A program made the translations under genes and the position numbers. Below the pieces are notes generated by a model. It made no database searches, was not told where the DNA came from, and saw only the letters and a list, made by a program, of their open reading frames with translations. From Polaromonas sp. (GTDB lineage Bacteria; Pseudomonadota; Gammaproteobacteria; Burkholderiales; Burkholderiaceae_C): a stretch of DNA of 64,000 nucleotides. Positions 16,906 through 28,353 of the stretch are shown here, piece after piece. Location of the stretch: the NCBI GenBank assembly GCA_044378095.1, contig JBILXX010000005.1, forward strand, positions 55 through 64,054, written 5' to 3'. How positions within the stretch are numbered: position 1 is the stretch's first letter; each line of letters starts with the position of its first letter.

Positions 16906-18159
16906 ATGATCGCTTTCTGGATTTCAGCTGCAGTGCTTCTAGTATTGGCTCTTGCATTCGTGTTACCGGCGCTTCTGAAGTCAAAAGGTGATACCGATCA
17001 AACCACCGCCAGCGCAGCGCATGCCAACTTGGCCGTTTTGCGTAGCCAGCTCACGCAACTGGAGTCTGACCATGCATCAGGCAGCATCAGTGCCGGACAG
17101 CTGGCGCTGGCTACAAGCGAGATCGAACGCCGCGTGCTCGAAGAAGAAAGCGCACCGGAAACTGCTATAGCACCAGTCAAGTCAAAACGTACTGCATGGG
17201 CGCTGGGTTTCACCATTCCGCTGCTGGCAATTTTCATTTACGGTTTTTTGGGCAATATCAATGCCTTGAATCCTGCAAATTTGCAGGCCAGCCCAGAAAC
17301 TGACCCAACACCTGAGCAGATCGAAGCCATGGTCAGCGCTTTTGCCGCTCGTCTGGAGGCTGTGCCCGCCGCAGAAACACCTGACCCCAAGGCTTGGGAA
17401 ATGCTGGCCAGATCGTATGCCGCGATGCAAAAATTTACAGAAGCCAACAAAGCCTACAAGCGTGCCGTTGAGTTAAATCCCGGCAACGCGCAAATCATGG
17501 CCGACCACGCCGATGTGATTGCCATGCTCCAAGGCCAGAGCATGCTGGGCGAGCCGACCAGACTTTTCGAGCGAGCTCTGGTGTTGGACCCAAATAACCT
17601 CAAAGCCCTTGCGCTGGCAGGCAGCGCGGCATATGAGAAAAAAGATTTTGCCAAAGCCTTTCAGTATTGGACCAAGGCTCAAGGACTTGCCCCCCCGGGT
17701 GGCGAATTTGCCAAAGGTCTGGCCAGCAGCATTGAAGAGGCTCGGCTTGCGTCGGGTCAGCAGGCTGTTGCCCCGTCAGCAACTGACAAGTCAGCACCCA
17801 CACCCGTCGCGGCCACTGCCAACATTCAAGGCGTGGTCAGCCTGTCACCTGCATTGAAAGCCAGAGTCGCCCCTGACGACACCGTCTTCATCTTCGCCCG
17901 AGCCTCCCAAGGGCCAAGAATGCCACTGGCTATTTTGAAACGAAAAGCCAGCGAATTGCCCATCACCTTCACGCTGGACGACAGTACCGCCATGGCTGAC
18001 GAGCTCAAACTTTCCAGGTTCGAACTCGTCATCGTCGGTGCGCGAGTCTCCAAGACGGGCAATGCCATTCCCCAAAGTGGTGATTTGATCGGCCAAAGCT
18101 CACCCGTCAAAGCGGGCGGCAAAAAATTGACATTGACGATTGACGGCGTTCAACCTTAA
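16906..18159 (+). CDS. ccmI: Cytochrome c biogenesis TPR protein CcmI/CycH
   Basis: N-terminal TM, EIERRVLEE, TPR region, C-terminal domain VFIFARA..GPRMPLA..LPITFTLDD. Confidence 0.92.
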   Translation: MIAFWISAAVLLVLALAFVLPALLKSKGDTDQTTASAAHANLAVLRSQLTQLESDHASGSISAGQLALATSEIERRVLEEESAPETAIAPVKSKRTAWALGFTIPLLAIFIYGFLGNINALNPANLQASPETDPTPEQIEAMVSAFAARLEAVPAAETPDPKAWEMLARSYAAMQKFTEANKAYKRAVELNPGNAQIMADHADVIAMLQGQSMLGEPTRLFERALVLDPNNLKALALAGSAAYEKKDFAKAFQYWTKAQGLAPPGGEFAKGLASSIEEARLASGQQAVAPSATDKSAPTPVAATANIQGVVSLSPALKARVAPDDTVFIFARASQGPRMPLAILKRKASELPITFTLDDSTAMADELKLSRFELVIVGARVSKTGNAIPQSGDLIGQSSPVKAGGKKLTLTIDGVQP

Positions 18160-18173
18160 CGTCCTGTCGAGTT

Positions 18174-18230
18174 ACTATGTTTTCAGTAGCTGCTTGCGCA
18201 TGGATTTATTGAGCAAAAGCCGTTTTTGAC
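18174..18230 (+). repeat. Dispersed repeat family A, copy 4 (14 nt after ccmI stop)
   Basis: ACTATGTTTTCAGTAGCTGCTTGCGCATGGATTTATTGAGC. Confidence 0.85.
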
Positions 18231-18255
18231 GCCCGAATAAGTGCTCAAGCGGCTT

Positions 18256-18927
18256 TCAGCCATCCAATTCTGATTGAAACTGGTATTTCATACCGATAGA
18301 AGCGACTGTTTGGGCATTGTTGCGTCCCACTGTGCCTTCCAATTGGAGTTCTTTGGTGAGCTGTGTGCGTGCGCCAAACTGGACGGTTGGTTTGGAGCGT
18401 TCAACACCAAACACTTCAGCATGCGGAGTCCAGCCGGTCAAGGGTAGCTCGACAGCCAAACCCCAAGTGCCCGTGGATGCCACGTCTTTGGCTTTGCTGA
18501 CACCCAGATTGGCATGCACATTAAAAGGGCCCAAAGCGTTGCAACTGAGGTTGCCAGTCAGGTACGCGGTACTGCCCGCACCGGCAGGCAGTCGCGTTGC
18601 TCCAAGCACTCCCGCCACGTTACAACCCTTTTCCTGAGCCGGTGTAATGCGCCATTTGGCCTGTAGTGTCTGAGTGTTCAGTCTGTTGGTAGTGTCGCGT
18701 GACAAGACCGCGGACAGTTCCAGATCGTCAATCGGCGCGTAGGCCGGTGCAAGGTTAATCAGGGTGTTTTTGGCACTGTCGCGCGCCACCCAGACCTCCA
18801 CGTGGCCAGCACCTTTGTCGTTGACACTTGCATCATCAACACCCAATGGACGACCAGCATGGGCGGCCATGGCAGAGCTTAAGCTGAGTGCCAAGGTGGC
18901 CCACTTATAGCGGTTGGAATGGTTCAT
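18256..18927 (-). CDS. Putative outer-membrane beta-barrel protein, function unknown
   Basis: Signal peptide ending AAHA-GRPL; alternating amphipathic strands; GMKYQF near the C-terminus; RBS GAGGA before ATG 18927. Confidence 0.65.
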   Translation of the reverse strand: MNHSNRYKWATLALSLSSAMAAHAGRPLGVDDASVNDKGAGHVEVWVARDSAKNTLINLAPAYAPIDDLELSAVLSRDTTNRLNTQTLQAKWRITPAQEKGCNVAGVLGATRLPAGAGSTAYLTGNLSCNALGPFNVHANLGVSKAKDVASTGTWGLAVELPLTGWTPHAEVFGVERSKPTVQFGARTQLTKELQLEGTVGRNNAQTVASIGMKYQFQSELDG

Positions 18928-19034
18928 TGATGTCCTCAAAATGAATGCGTTGTTTGGAAAAGAGACAATGAATTGAGTGTCAAGTTTTGTCTCTCGTTAT
19001 GCAGCATATTCTTAAAAAACCACCCAGCTGATGA

Positions 19035-19397
19035 TCAGCGATCGCATCGCCCTTGAGAACTTACTACCCCACGCAGATCACTTTTCCAGGTTTGAGCGAT
19101 CGCATCAAATTGAATCCGCTCACCGTCAATTGCTGTCAGCACAATGCTATCGATGACGCTGAATGAATAAACTCGGACACCATCGACTGCTACGGAACGA
19201 ACGGATTCAGCATCGTAGTCAATGGCCAGTGTACGGGTCCAGATACTGCGGGCAGGCAGGTAAAAGGCCTGGCAGGTCCAGACTACAGTACCGCTCTGCG
19301 CGAGGGATGAATTTTGTGAGTGTGCCGTTGTGGCGAAAAGGGCAATCGCCAACGCCAGCATGCGAGATGCAACAAAAAGTGATTTCTTTATCGTCAA
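19035..19397 (-). CDS. Hypothetical secreted protein with two Cys
   Basis: Signal-peptide-like N-terminus; WTCQAFY...QGRCDR; lies between the tRNA terminator and the next gene. Confidence 0.6.
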   Translation of the reverse strand: MTIKKSLFVASRMLALAIALFATTAHSQNSSLAQSGTVVWTCQAFYLPARSIWTRTLAIDYDAESVRSVAVDGVRVYSFSVIDSIVLTAIDGERIQFDAIAQTWKSDLRGVVSSQGRCDR

Positions 19398-19429
19398 AGC
19401 ATGTCACCGTTACTTATCAATTCAGCCAA

Positions 19430-19455
19430 GAAAAACGCCTACTCACGGTAGGCGT
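19430..19455 (-). terminator. Rho-independent terminator after rplQ/tRNA-fMet
   Basis: Minus strand ACGCCTAC-CGTGA-GTAGGCGT followed by a T-run. Confidence 0.8.
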
Positions 19456-19492
19456 CTTGGTTGATTTTTAAGCAAAATGCTCATCATCATGT

Positions 19493-19569
<77 letters not shown>

Positions 19570-19587
19570 GTATCTATATATTATAGC

Positions 19588-19986
19588 TTACTCTGCCTTG
19601 GCCGTGTCAGCCGTGGTGGTATCCACGTCAGGACGATCGACCAATTCAACCAAGGCCATCGGTGCGTTGTCACCAACGCGGAAACCCATTTTCAAAATTC
19701 GGGTGTAGCCGCCTGGACGAGCTTTGTAACGCGGACCAAGTTCAGCAAATAACTTGACCACCATATCGCGGTCACGCAAGCGATCAAACGCCAAGCGCTT
19801 GTTGGCCAGCGTTGGCTCTTTGGCCAACGTGATCATGGGTTCAACCACGCGGCGCAACTCCTTGGCCTTTGGCAGAGTGGTTTTGATGGCTTCGTGCTGT
19901 AGCAGCGAATTCATCATGTTGCGAAGCATGGCGAGGCGGTGCTCGCTGGTGCGGTTAAGTTTACGTAGTCCGTGTCCGTGGCGCAT
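19588..19986 (-). CDS. rplQ: 50S ribosomal protein L17
   Basis: [27 protein letters not shown]. Confidence 0.99.
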   Translation of the reverse strand: MRHGHGLRKLNRTSEHRLAMLRNMMNSLLQHEAIKTTLPKAKELRRVVEPMITLAKEPTLANKRLAFDRLRDRDMVVKLFAELGPRYKARPGGYTRILKMGFRVGDNAPMALVELVDRPDVDTTTADTAKAE

Positions 19987-20063
19987 GATCTTTTTCCTTT
20001 GTAGTATTCAGGCAGCCGTATCAGGTACTGCCCGTTGCGTCATTCTTTTTTAAGAATGAAATT

Positions 20064-21053
20064 TTAGTGTTTGTCCAGGCCAGCAGGTGGCCAGCTTTCA
20101 AGACGCATACCCAACGTCAAACCTCGCGATGCAAGCACTTCCTTAATCTCATTGAGCGATTTGCGACCGAGATTTGGTGTCTTGAGCAGCTCGTTTTCGG
20201 TACGCTGAATCAAATCGCCGATGTAATAAATGTTTTCAGCCTTCAAACAATTGGCTGAACGAACTGTCAACTCCAGCTCGTCAACAGGGCGCAACAAGAT
20301 CGGATCGAACTGCTGCGAACTGCGCTGCACAGGTGCATTGAAATCAGGCAACTCATTGCCTTCAAGTTGTGCAAACACAGCCAACTGTTCAACCAGAATT
20401 TTGGCCGATGCACGAACTGCATCTTCAGCTGTCACAGCACCATTGGTTTCAATCTCGAGAACAAGCTTGTCAAGGTCAGTACGCTGCTCAACGCGAGCGC
20501 TTTCAACCGTGTAGCTGACGCGTTTGACAGGCGAGAACGAAGCGTCCAAAACAATGCGGCCTATCGACTTGGTTGACTCGTCGCCGTAGCGGCGCACATT
20601 GCCAGGTACGTAACCGCGACCATTTTCAACCTTGATCTGCATGTCAATTTTGCCACCATGCGACAGGTTAACAATCACATGCTCGGGGTTGATGATTTCA
20701 ACGTCGTGCGGCGTTTGAATGTCGGCAGCCGTCACAGGGCCGGTGCCATCTTTGCGCAGGCTCAGGGTGACTTCATCGCGGTTGTGGAGCTTGAACACCA
20801 CGCCCTTGAGGTTCAACAAAATGTTGACGACGTCTTCTTGCACACCGTCGATCGACGAGTACTCGTGCAGCACGCCAGCGATTGTCACTTCGGTAGCCGC
20901 GTGGCCCACCATCGACGACAGCAAGACGCGACGCAGTGCATTGCCCAGCGTATGCCCGTAGCCACGCTCAAAAGGTTCGAGCGTGACTTTTGCGCGGTTG
21001 GCGCTCAGTTGCTCCACATTAATGGTTTTTGGTTTCAGTAAATTAGTCTGCAT
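20064..21053 (-). CDS. rpoA: RNA polymerase alpha subunit
   Basis: [38 protein letters not shown]. Confidence 0.99.
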   Translation of the reverse strand: MQTNLLKPKTINVEQLSANRAKVTLEPFERGYGHTLGNALRRVLLSSMVGHAATEVTIAGVLHEYSSIDGVQEDVVNILLNLKGVVFKLHNRDEVTLSLRKDGTGPVTAADIQTPHDVEIINPEHVIVNLSHGGKIDMQIKVENGRGYVPGNVRRYGDESTKSIGRIVLDASFSPVKRVSYTVESARVEQRTDLDKLVLEIETNGAVTAEDAVRASAKILVEQLAVFAQLEGNELPDFNAPVQRSSQQFDPILLRPVDELELTVRSANCLKAENIYYIGDLIQRTENELLKTPNLGRKSLNEIKEVLASRGLTLGMRLESWPPAGLDKH

Positions 21054-21130
21054 GCAATCTTCCTCTCAATACCCTCGGTTCGTTACACCGATAAGGCCGG
21101 CGACGTGTCAAGCACGTCGCAGGAACGAAA

Positions 21131-21754
21131 TTAGCGTGAGTACAACTCGACGATCAATGATTCATTGATGTCTGCTGCGAACTCGTCGCGATCAGGAACC
21201 TTCTTGAAGGTACCTTCGCCTTTGTCAATGCTCACGTCAACCCATGAAGGCATGCCAACTTGCGTTGCAAGTTGAAGGGCTTCATCCACACGGGTCTGCT
21301 TTTTGGATTTGTCGCGCACTGCAATCACGTCACCGGCTTTGACCATGTACGACGGTATGTTCACTGAACCGCCATTAACGACGATCGCCTTGTGGGACAC
21401 CAGCTGACGCGCTTCAGCGCGGGTTGAACCAAAGCCCATGCGGTACACGACGTTATCAAGACGTGACTCAAGAATGAACAGCAAGTTGGCGCCGGTATTG
21501 CCTTTGCGGCGGTCAGCCTCTTCAAAGTAACGGCGGAATTGCTTTTCCAGCACGCCGTACATGCGCTTGACCTTCTGCTTTTCACGCAGTTGCAGACCGT
21601 AGTCTGATGTGCGGGTGCCAGACGTGCGGCCATGCTGACCCGGCTTGGAGTCAAACTTGGCTTTGTCGGCAATAGCGCGGCGAGCGCTTTTTAAGAATAA
21701 GTCCGTACCTTCACGGCGGGACAATTTGGCCTTGGGGCCCAGGTAACGTGCCAC
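21131..21754 (-). CDS. rpsD: 30S ribosomal protein S4
   Basis: [26 protein letters not shown]. Confidence 0.99.
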   Translation of the reverse strand: MARYLGPKAKLSRREGTDLFLKSARRAIADKAKFDSKPGQHGRTSGTRTSDYGLQLREKQKVKRMYGVLEKQFRRYFEEADRRKGNTGANLLFILESRLDNVVYRMGFGSTRAEARQLVSHKAIVVNGGSVNIPSYMVKAGDVIAVRDKSKKQTRVDEALQLATQVGMPSWVDVSIDKGEGTFKKVPDRDEFAADINESLIVELYSR

Positions 21755-21899
21755 TTGAATTTCCTTTTGTCATCTGCTGCATTGCTGCAGGAGCCTTCAG
21801 CTTTAACTTTTACGTTATGGCTTAACGGCGGTGGGCTTTGGTTAAATGCCTTGTGCCGATTGACCAAACAAATAGCCAATAGTCCAAAGCGACGAAAAA

Positions 21900-22304
21900 T
21901 TAAATCCGGCGACGTTTCTGTGGACGGCAGCCGTTGTGAGGTACAGGCGTCACGTCAGCAATCGAATTGATTCGAATACCGAGAGCGCCCAGCGCACGAA
22001 CTGAAGATTCACGTCCAGGTCCAGGGCCCTTGATTTCAACGTCAAGATTTTTGATGCCCTGCTCAATCGCAGCGCGACCTGCAACCTCAGACGCGACCTG
22101 AGCAGCAAAAGGAGTCGATTTACGCGAACCTTTAAAGCCCTGACCGCCTGAAGATGCCCACGACAAGGCATTGCCCTGACGGTCGGTGATCATGATGATA
22201 GTGTTGTTGAAAGATGCATGCACGTGTGCAATACCGTCAGCAACGTTCTTGCGAACTTTCTTGCGAACGCGCTGTGCAGCCGTGTTGTTTTGTGCTTTAG
22301 CCAT
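21900..22304 (-). CDS. rpsK: 30S ribosomal protein S11
   Basis: [29 protein letters not shown]. Confidence 0.99.
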   Translation of the reverse strand: MAKAQNNTAAQRVRKKVRKNVADGIAHVHASFNNTIIMITDRQGNALSWASSGGQGFKGSRKSTPFAAQVASEVAGRAAIEQGIKNLDVEIKGPGPGRESSVRALGALGIRINSIADVTPVPHNGCRPQKRRRI

Positions 22305-22327
22305 ATGTGCTTTACCTATCTCTTGCT

Positions 22328-22693
22328 TTATTTCTTCAGGGATGCTGCTGCCTTGCGCGGACCTTTGCGGGTACGGGCATTGGTACGCGTACGCTGGCCA
22401 CGCATCGGCAAACCACGACGATGGCGGAAACCGCGGTAGCAGCCAATGTCCATCAAACGCTTGATGTTCATAGTAGTTTCGCGGCGCAGGTCGCCTTCGA
22501 TAGTGAACAGTGCGATCTGATCACGAATTTTTTCCAGGTCTCCGTCAGTCAAGTCTTTGACTTTTTTGGAATAGGCGATCTCGCATGCTTCGCAAATTTT
22601 GCGAGCGCGAGTCCGACCTATGCCAAAAATAGCAGTTAAACCGATTTCAGCATGCTGCTGCGGCGGAATATTGATACCAGCGATACGAGCCAT
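22328..22693 (-). CDS. rpsM: 30S ribosomal protein S13
   Basis: [24 protein letters not shown]. Confidence 0.99.
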   Translation of the reverse strand: MARIAGINIPPQQHAEIGLTAIFGIGRTRARKICEACEIAYSKKVKDLTDGDLEKIRDQIALFTIEGDLRRETTMNIKRLMDIGCYRGFRHRRGLPMRGQRTRTNARTRKGPRKAAASLKK

Positions 22694-22717
22694 ATAAATC
22701 CTCTAAAACTCTTGAAA

Positions 22718-22831
22718 TCAGCCTTGGCGCTGTTTGTGGCGTGGGTCTGTGCAGATCACGCGAACAACGCCCTTGCGACGAATAACCTTGCAGTTACGGC
22801 AAATTTTCTTGACCGAAGCTGAAACTTTCAT
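22718..22831 (-). CDS. rpmJ: 50S ribosomal protein L36 (Zn-binding form; below the ORF-track cutoff)
   Basis: Manual translation [37 protein letters not shown]. Confidence 0.97.
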
Positions 22832-22858
22832 GTCTTTTCTCCTAAAACTTTAAATCGA

Positions 22859-24178
22859 TTAGCCGCCAGGTGTAGTCTTGAAATTTGCTTTTTTAAGCAA
22901 AGACTCATACTGCTGCGACATCATGTAATTCTGGACCTGCGCCATGAAATCCATGGTCACCACCACAATAATCATCAAAGATGTGCCGCCAAAATAAAAC
23001 GGCACGTTGTACTTCAAAATCAAAAACTCCGGCAACAGGCAAACAAAGGTGATATAAACCGCACCGGCCAGCGTTAGGCGAACCAAAATTTTGTCAATGT
23101 AACGCGCTGTCTGGTCACCCGGACGAATGCCCGGAATAAACGCACCGCTCTTTTTCAGGTTATCTGCTGTCTCACGGCTGTTAAAAACAAGCGTCGTGTA
23201 AAAAAAACAGAAAAACACAATCGCACTGGCATAAAGCAACACATAGATTGGCTGGCCTGGCGTTAAAGTGCCAGCAATGTCTTTCAGCCAGCGCATGCTT
23301 TCACCTGTGCTGAACCACCCTACAACGGTAGCGGGCAACAAAATGATTGATGAAGCAAAAATAGGTGGAATCACACCGGCCATGTTGAGCTTCAAAGGCA
23401 AGTGGGACGACTGGCCGCCATAAACCTTGTTACCTACTTGTCTGCGAGCATAGTTGACCAAAATCTTGCGCTGACCACGCTCGACAAAAACCACAAAATA
23501 AGTGACAGCCACTACAACTGCGATGATAGCAATCGCTACCAAAATACTCATGGCTCCTGTTCGGATGAGTTCAAGCAAGCCGCCAACTGCGCTTGGAAGA
23601 CCAGCCGCAATTCCTGCGAAAATCAGAATTGATATGCCGTTGCCGAGGCCGCGCTCAGTAATCTGCTCACCCAGCCACATCAAAAACATCGTACCGGCCG
23701 TCAAACTGACCACGGCAGTCATTCGAAAACCAAAACCGGGCGCCAGCACCAAACCAGGCGAGCTCTCAAGTGCGACGGCGATGCCTATCGACTGAAACAG
23801 AGCCAAACCCAAACTGGCGTATCGTGTGTACTGCGTGATCTTGCGGCGACCACTTTCACCTTCTTTTTTCAGTTGTTCGAATGTCGGCAGGACATAGGTG
23901 AGCAACTGCATGATGATGGAAGCAGAAATATAGGGCATGATGCCCAGCGCAAAAACCGTGAATCGTGACAATGCTCCACCAGAAAACATATTGAACAAAT
24001 TCAATATGCCGCCTGACTGACCTTTGAACAACTCTTTCAACTGATTGGGATCAATGCCGGGCACCGGAATATGCGCGCCAATGCGGTATACAACCAATGC
24101 CAGCAGTAAAAAGATAAGGCGATTGCGCAGATCACCGAACTTGCCGGTTTTTGCAATTTGAGCCGCGTTGGTTGCCAC
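22859..24178 (-). CDS. secY: Preprotein translocase SecY
   Basis: [18 protein letters not shown]-like [33 protein letters not shown]. Confidence 0.99.
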   Translation of the reverse strand: MATNAAQIAKTGKFGDLRNRLIFLLLALVVYRIGAHIPVPGIDPNQLKELFKGQSGGILNLFNMFSGGALSRFTVFALGIMPYISASIIMQLLTYVLPTFEQLKKEGESGRRKITQYTRYASLGLALFQSIGIAVALESSPGLVLAPGFGFRMTAVVSLTAGTMFLMWLGEQITERGLGNGISILIFAGIAAGLPSAVGGLLELIRTGAMSILVAIAIIAVVVAVTYFVVFVERGQRKILVNYARRQVGNKVYGGQSSHLPLKLNMAGVIPPIFASSIILLPATVVGWFSTGESMRWLKDIAGTLTPGQPIYVLLYASAIVFFCFFYTTLVFNSRETADNLKKSGAFIPGIRPGDQTARYIDKILVRLTLAGAVYITFVCLLPEFLILKYNVPFYFGGTSLMIIVVVTMDFMAQVQNYMMSQQYESLLKKANFKTTPGG

Positions 24179-24206
24179 TGATTAATCCGTTAAATTCTCT
24201 AAGTAC

Positions 24207-24647
24207 TTAGGCAGCAGCAGAAATCGAGCCGCCTGCGGCTTCGATGATTGCCTTTGCACCAGCCGTTGCACCGATACCGTTCAACTTGACCGACTTGGTC
24301 AACATCCCGGACTTGATCACTTTGACATTCTTTGCAAGCTGACCAACCAGGCCAGCAGTTTTCAGCACCAGTAGATCAACCTCTGGCAAACCGAGCAACT
24401 CAAGAGCCGTCAAGCTAACTTCAGCGTTGAACTTGAGCAAATGCGACTTGAAGCCGCGCTTTGGCAAACGGCGATGCATAGGCATCTGGCCGCCCTCAAA
24501 GCCAACCTTGTGGTAACCACCGGCGCGTGACTTTTGGCCTTTATGACCACGACCAGCTGTTTTGCCGATGCCCGAACCAATACCACGACCCACTCGGCGT
24601 TTGTAATGTTTGGCGCCTTCTCCAGGCTTGATTCCGTTCAATTCCAT
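24207..24647 (-). CDS. rplO: 50S ribosomal protein L15
   Basis: [17 protein letters not shown]. Confidence 0.99.
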   Translation of the reverse strand: MELNGIKPGEGAKHYKRRVGRGIGSGIGKTAGRGHKGQKSRAGGYHKVGFEGGQMPMHRRLPKRGFKSHLLKFNAEVSLTALELLGLPEVDLLVLKTAGLVGQLAKNVKVIKSGMLTKSVKLNGIGATAGAKAIIEAAGGSISAAA

Positions 24648-24672
24648 TTTGAATTCCTAATGAACTTAAAGC

Positions 24673-24855
24673 TCAAACAATCTTGACCAGATACGCGATC
24701 TTGTTGATCATGCCGCGAACTGCGGGCGTGTCCTCTAACTCACTGACGCTGTTGACACCGCGCAAACCCAAACCACGCACAGTCGCACGGTGTGATTCTT
24801 TGGTGCCGATCGGGCTGCGAATCAGCTGAACTTTCAATTTGTTTTCTGTTGTCAT
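24673..24855 (-). CDS. rpmD: 50S ribosomal protein L30
   Basis: [17 protein letters not shown]...GLGLR...VRGMINK; ATG at 24855. Confidence 0.97.
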   Translation of the reverse strand: MTTENKLKVQLIRSPIGTKESHRATVRGLGLRGVNSVSELEDTPAVRGMINKIAYLVKIV

Positions 24856-24877
24856 GTTGTGATCCTCAACTGCTGTT

Positions 24878-25396
24878 TTAGCCGAAAATTTCTTCGACTG
24901 ATTTGCCGCGCTTGGCCGCAATATCCGAAGCAGTCGTTGATTTGTTGAGTGCGTCTAATGTTGCACGCACCATGTTGTACGGGTTGCTCGAACCGTGGCT
25001 CTTGGCCACGATGTCGGTGATGCCCATGACTTCAAAAACAGCGCGCATGGGGCCGCCAGCAATGATGCCGGTACCTTTGGCAGCAGGCATCATCATGACG
25101 TTAGCTGCACCCCAGTGACCCGACACTTTGTGATGAATCGTGCCGTTTTTCAATGACACTTTATTCAAATTGCGGCGCGCTTCTTCCATGGCTTTTTGCA
25201 CTGCTGCCGGCACTTCTTTTGACTTGCCTTTGCCCATGCCAACACGGCCATCACCGTCGCCGACCACTGTGAGTGCGGCGAAACCGAGAATACGGCCACC
25301 CTTTACCACTTTGGTTACGCGGTTGACCGCGATCATCTTTTCCTTCAGACCATCGTCTGGAGCATCGTTTGCTGATTTAGCTTGAAACTTGGCCAT
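24878..25396 (-). CDS. rpsE: 30S ribosomal protein S5
   Basis: [18 protein letters not shown]. Confidence 0.99.
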   Translation of the reverse strand: MAKFQAKSANDAPDDGLKEKMIAVNRVTKVVKGGRILGFAALTVVGDGDGRVGMGKGKSKEVPAAVQKAMEEARRNLNKVSLKNGTIHHKVSGHWGAANVMMMPAAKGTGIIAGGPMRAVFEVMGITDIVAKSHGSSNPYNMVRATLDALNKSTTASDIAAKRGKSVEEIFG

Positions 25397-25414
25397 ACGT
25401 CTATTCCAATCTTC

Positions 25415-25780
25415 TTAAAACTGCAGGCCAGCTTCGCGGGCTGCATCAGCCAGCGCTTTCACGCGGCCATGGTACGCAAAACCAGCACGGTCAAACGCAA
25501 CTTTATCGACGCCAGCAGCTTTTGCTTTTTCAGCAATGCGCTTGCCAATGGCTTGTGCAGCGGCGACGTTGCCGCCTTTGCCTGATGCGCCAATTTCCTT
25601 GCGAACTTCGACTTCTGCCGTCGATGCTGCGGCCAAAACTTTGGTACCGTCGCCAGAAATAACGCTGGCATAAATGTGCAAATTGGTGCGGTTCACCGTC
25701 AAACGGGCAACACCTTGCGTGGCGATGCGAATCCGGGTTTGACGTGAACGACGCAGGCGCTGCTCTTTTTTGGTCAACAT
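25415..25780 (-). CDS. rplR: 50S ribosomal protein L18
   Basis: [20 protein letters not shown]. Confidence 0.99.
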   Translation of the reverse strand: MLTKKEQRLRRSRQTRIRIATQGVARLTVNRTNLHIYASVISGDGTKVLAAASTAEVEVRKEIGASGKGGNVAAAQAIGKRIAEKAKAAGVDKVAFDRAGFAYHGRVKALADAAREAGLQF

Positions 25781-25791
25781 GGTGCAGCTCC

Positions 25792-26325
25792 TTATTTCTT
25801 CTTGGTTTCTTTGATCGTGATCTTCTCATCCGCATAGCGGATGCCCTTGCCTTTGTAAGGCTCAGGAGTGCGAACAGCACGAACTTCAGCGGCGATCTGG
25901 CCAACACGTTGGCGGTCAGAACCTTTGATCACGATTTCGGTAGGCGCTGGCGTTGCAACAGTGATACCTGCAGGCATCACGAAATCAACAGGATGCGAAT
26001 AGCCCACCGTCAAGTTCAGCTTGGCGCCTGAAGCAGCAGCCTTGTAACCCACACCAACCAGGCTGAGCTTTTTCTCAAAGCCCTTGGTCACACCGACCAC
26101 CATGTTGTTGACCAGCTGACGCATGGTGCCTGACATGGCATTGGCTTCGCGCGAATCATTCACTGGTGCGAAACTCAGCTTGCCAGCATCACTGGTGATG
26201 ATGACGAGCGCATTTTGAGCCAGACTCAGAGTACCCAAAGGACCCTTGACACTGATCTGGTCTTGTTTGATAGCCACATCCACACCGGCTGGTACGGACA
26301 CTGGCGTTTTTCCTACACGGGACAT
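25792..26325 (-). CDS. rplF: 50S ribosomal protein L6
   Basis: [24 protein letters not shown]. Confidence 0.99.
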   Translation of the reverse strand: MSRVGKTPVSVPAGVDVAIKQDQISVKGPLGTLSLAQNALVIITSDAGKLSFAPVNDSREANAMSGTMRQLVNNMVVGVTKGFEKKLSLVGVGYKAAASGAKLNLTVGYSHPVDFVMPAGITVATPAPTEIVIKGSDRQRVGQIAAEVRAVRTPEPYKGKGIRYADEKITIKETKKK

Positions 26326-26350
26326 TTCAGTTACTCCTCAATGCCTGCGA

Positions 26351-26746
26351 TTAAGCGACGTAGCAAAGCACTTCACCACCGATACCGGTAGCACGCGCCT
26401 TACGATCTGTCATGACACCCTGTGGTGTCGTGACAATTGCCACACCCAAGCCATTCATGACCTGAGGAATGGCGCCATTGCCTTTGTAAACGCGAAGGCC
26501 TGGGCGACTGACGCGCTCGATGCGCTCAATCACGGGCTTGCCTGCGTAATACTTCAGGGCGATTTCCAGTTGGGATTTACCGTCGTCAAGCTTGACGGAA
26601 AAGCCATCAATGTAGCCCTCATCCTTCAACACTTGCGCGATGGCAACTTTGACTTTTGACGATGGCACTTGAACAACGGCTTTTTCAACCATTTGTGCGT
26701 TCCGAATGCGTGTCAGCATGTCGGCGATAGGATCACTCATACTCAT
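26351..26746 (-). CDS. rpsH: 30S ribosomal protein S8
   Basis: [21 protein letters not shown]. Confidence 0.99.
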   Translation of the reverse strand: MSMSDPIADMLTRIRNAQMVEKAVVQVPSSKVKVAIAQVLKDEGYIDGFSVKLDDGKSQLEIALKYYAGKPVIERIERVSRPGLRVYKGNGAIPQVMNGLGVAIVTTPQGVMTDRKARATGIGGEVLCYVA

Positions 26747-26764
26747 TTTGCGGTTCTCCTATGC

Positions 26765-27070
26765 TTACCAGCTTGCCTTGGTGATACCAGGGATATCACC
26801 AGCAAATGCCAACTCACGAATCTTGGCGCGAGCCAAGCCGAATTGACGGAACGTACCACGCGGGCGACCCGTGATCGCGCAGCGGTTGCGCTGGCGGGTT
26901 GGGTTCGCGTTGCGCGGCAACTTTTGCAACTCAAGACGGGCAGCAGCGCGCTCGTCGTCAGTGCGTTTGAAGTCGTTAGACGTCTTTTTGAGTTCTGCGT
27001 GCTTTTTAGCAAACTTGGCGACCAGTTTGTCGCGTTTGATTTCACGTTGCAGCAATGCTTGTGTTGACAT
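26765..27070 (-). CDS. rpsN: 30S ribosomal protein S14 (long, Zn-independent form)
   Basis: [13 protein letters not shown]-terminal KASW. Confidence 0.98.
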   Translation of the reverse strand: MSTQALLQREIKRDKLVAKFAKKHAELKKTSNDFKRTDDERAAARLELQKLPRNANPTRQRNRCAITGRPRGTFRQFGLARAKIRELAFAGDIPGITKASW

Positions 27071-27079
27071 GCGAGAGCC

Positions 27080-27652
27080 TCAGTTCTTGAACGGGAAACG
27101 GAAAGCAGTCAAAAGAGCTTTGCACTCTTCGTCGGTCTTGGCCGTTGTGGTGATGCTGATGTTGAGTCCGCGCAAGGCATCGACCTTGTCGTATTCAATT
27201 TCAGGAAAAATGATCTGCTCTTTCACGCCGATGTTGTAGTTGCCACGGCCGTCAAACGCACGGCCAGAGATACCGCGAAAGTCACGAACGCGAGGCAGAG
27301 CCACAGTCACGAAACGATCCAGGAACTCATACATCTTCACGCCGCGCAAGGTGACCATGCAGCCAATTGGCAAGTCTTCGCGGATTTTGAAACCGGCGAT
27401 AGCCTTTTTGGCCTTGGTCACGACTGGCTTTTGGCCAGCGATTTTGGTCATGTCGCCGACGGCGCTGTCCATGACTTTCTTGTCAGCAACCGCCTCGCTC
27501 ACACCCATGTTGAGTGTGATCTTGGTGATGCGGGGAACCTGCATTGGCGACTTGTAGCCGAACTTTTCAACCAGGGCGGGCGCGATTTTCTCGCGGAACT
27601 GCGTCTGCAGGCGAGCCTGGGTTGCAGCTTGTTGTGTAACTGTTTTAGCCAT
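27080..27652 (-). CDS. rplE: 50S ribosomal protein L5
   Basis: [24 protein letters not shown]. Confidence 0.99.
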   Translation of the reverse strand: MAKTVTQQAATQARLQTQFREKIAPALVEKFGYKSPMQVPRITKITLNMGVSEAVADKKVMDSAVGDMTKIAGQKPVVTKAKKAIAGFKIREDLPIGCMVTLRGVKMYEFLDRFVTVALPRVRDFRGISGRAFDGRGNYNIGVKEQIIFPEIEYDKVDALRGLNISITTTAKTDEECKALLTAFRFPFKN

Positions 27653-27654
27653 TT

Positions 27655-27975
27655 TTATGCAGCCTTGATTTCGTCGCCGCTGGACTTGAAGACGCGCACT
27701 TTTTTGCCGTCAGCCAACAACTTGATGCCCACACGGTCCGCCTTGCCAGATGCCGCGTTGAAAATCGCGATATTGGATTGGTGAATCGGCATGCTCTTTT
27801 GCACGATGCCGCCGGTGGTTCCTTTGAGCGGATTGGGCTTGGTGTGTTTTTTCACCATGTTGATACCCTCAACCAGCACATAAGCGTCGTCGGTGCGCTG
27901 CGTGATCGTACCGGTTTTACCCTTGTCACGACCCGTGATGACGATGATTTTGTCGCCTTTGCGAATTTTGTTCAT
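27655..27975 (-). CDS. rplX: 50S ribosomal protein L24
   Basis: [17 protein letters not shown]. Confidence 0.99.
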   Translation of the reverse strand: MNKIRKGDKIIVITGRDKGKTGTITQRTDDAYVLVEGINMVKKHTKPNPLKGTTGGIVQKSMPIHQSNIAIFNAASGKADRVGIKLLADGKKVRVFKSSGDEIKAA

Positions 27976-27984
27976 GGCGTGCCT

Positions 27985-28353
27985 TTACAGAACTTCAGGA
28001 GCCAGGGACACGATCTTCATGAACTTTTCAGTGCGCAACTCGCGCGTCACTGGTCCGAAGATGCGGGTGCCGATAGGCTCCAGCTTGGCGTTAAGCAACA
28101 CTGCTGCGTTGCCGTCGAATTTGACCAGCGAACCATCGCCACGGCGAATGCCCTTGGCGGTGCGAACGACCACGGCACTGTAAACCTCGCCTTTTTTGAC
28201 GCGGCCACGTGGAGCGGCTTCTTTGATGCTGACTTTGATGACGTCACCAACGCTGGCATACCGGCGCTTGGAGCCGCCCAGCACTTTGATGCACATCACG
28301 GATTTGGCACCCGTATTGTCAGCAACATCGAGTTTGGATTGCGTTTGAATCAT
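27985..28353 (-). CDS. rplN: 50S ribosomal protein L14
   Basis: [19 protein letters not shown]. Confidence 0.99.
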   Translation of the reverse strand: MIQTQSKLDVADNTGAKSVMCIKVLGGSKRRYASVGDVIKVSIKEAAPRGRVKKGEVYSAVVVRTAKGIRRGDGSLVKFDGNAAVLLNAKLEPIGTRIFGPVTRELRTEKFMKIVSLAPEVL

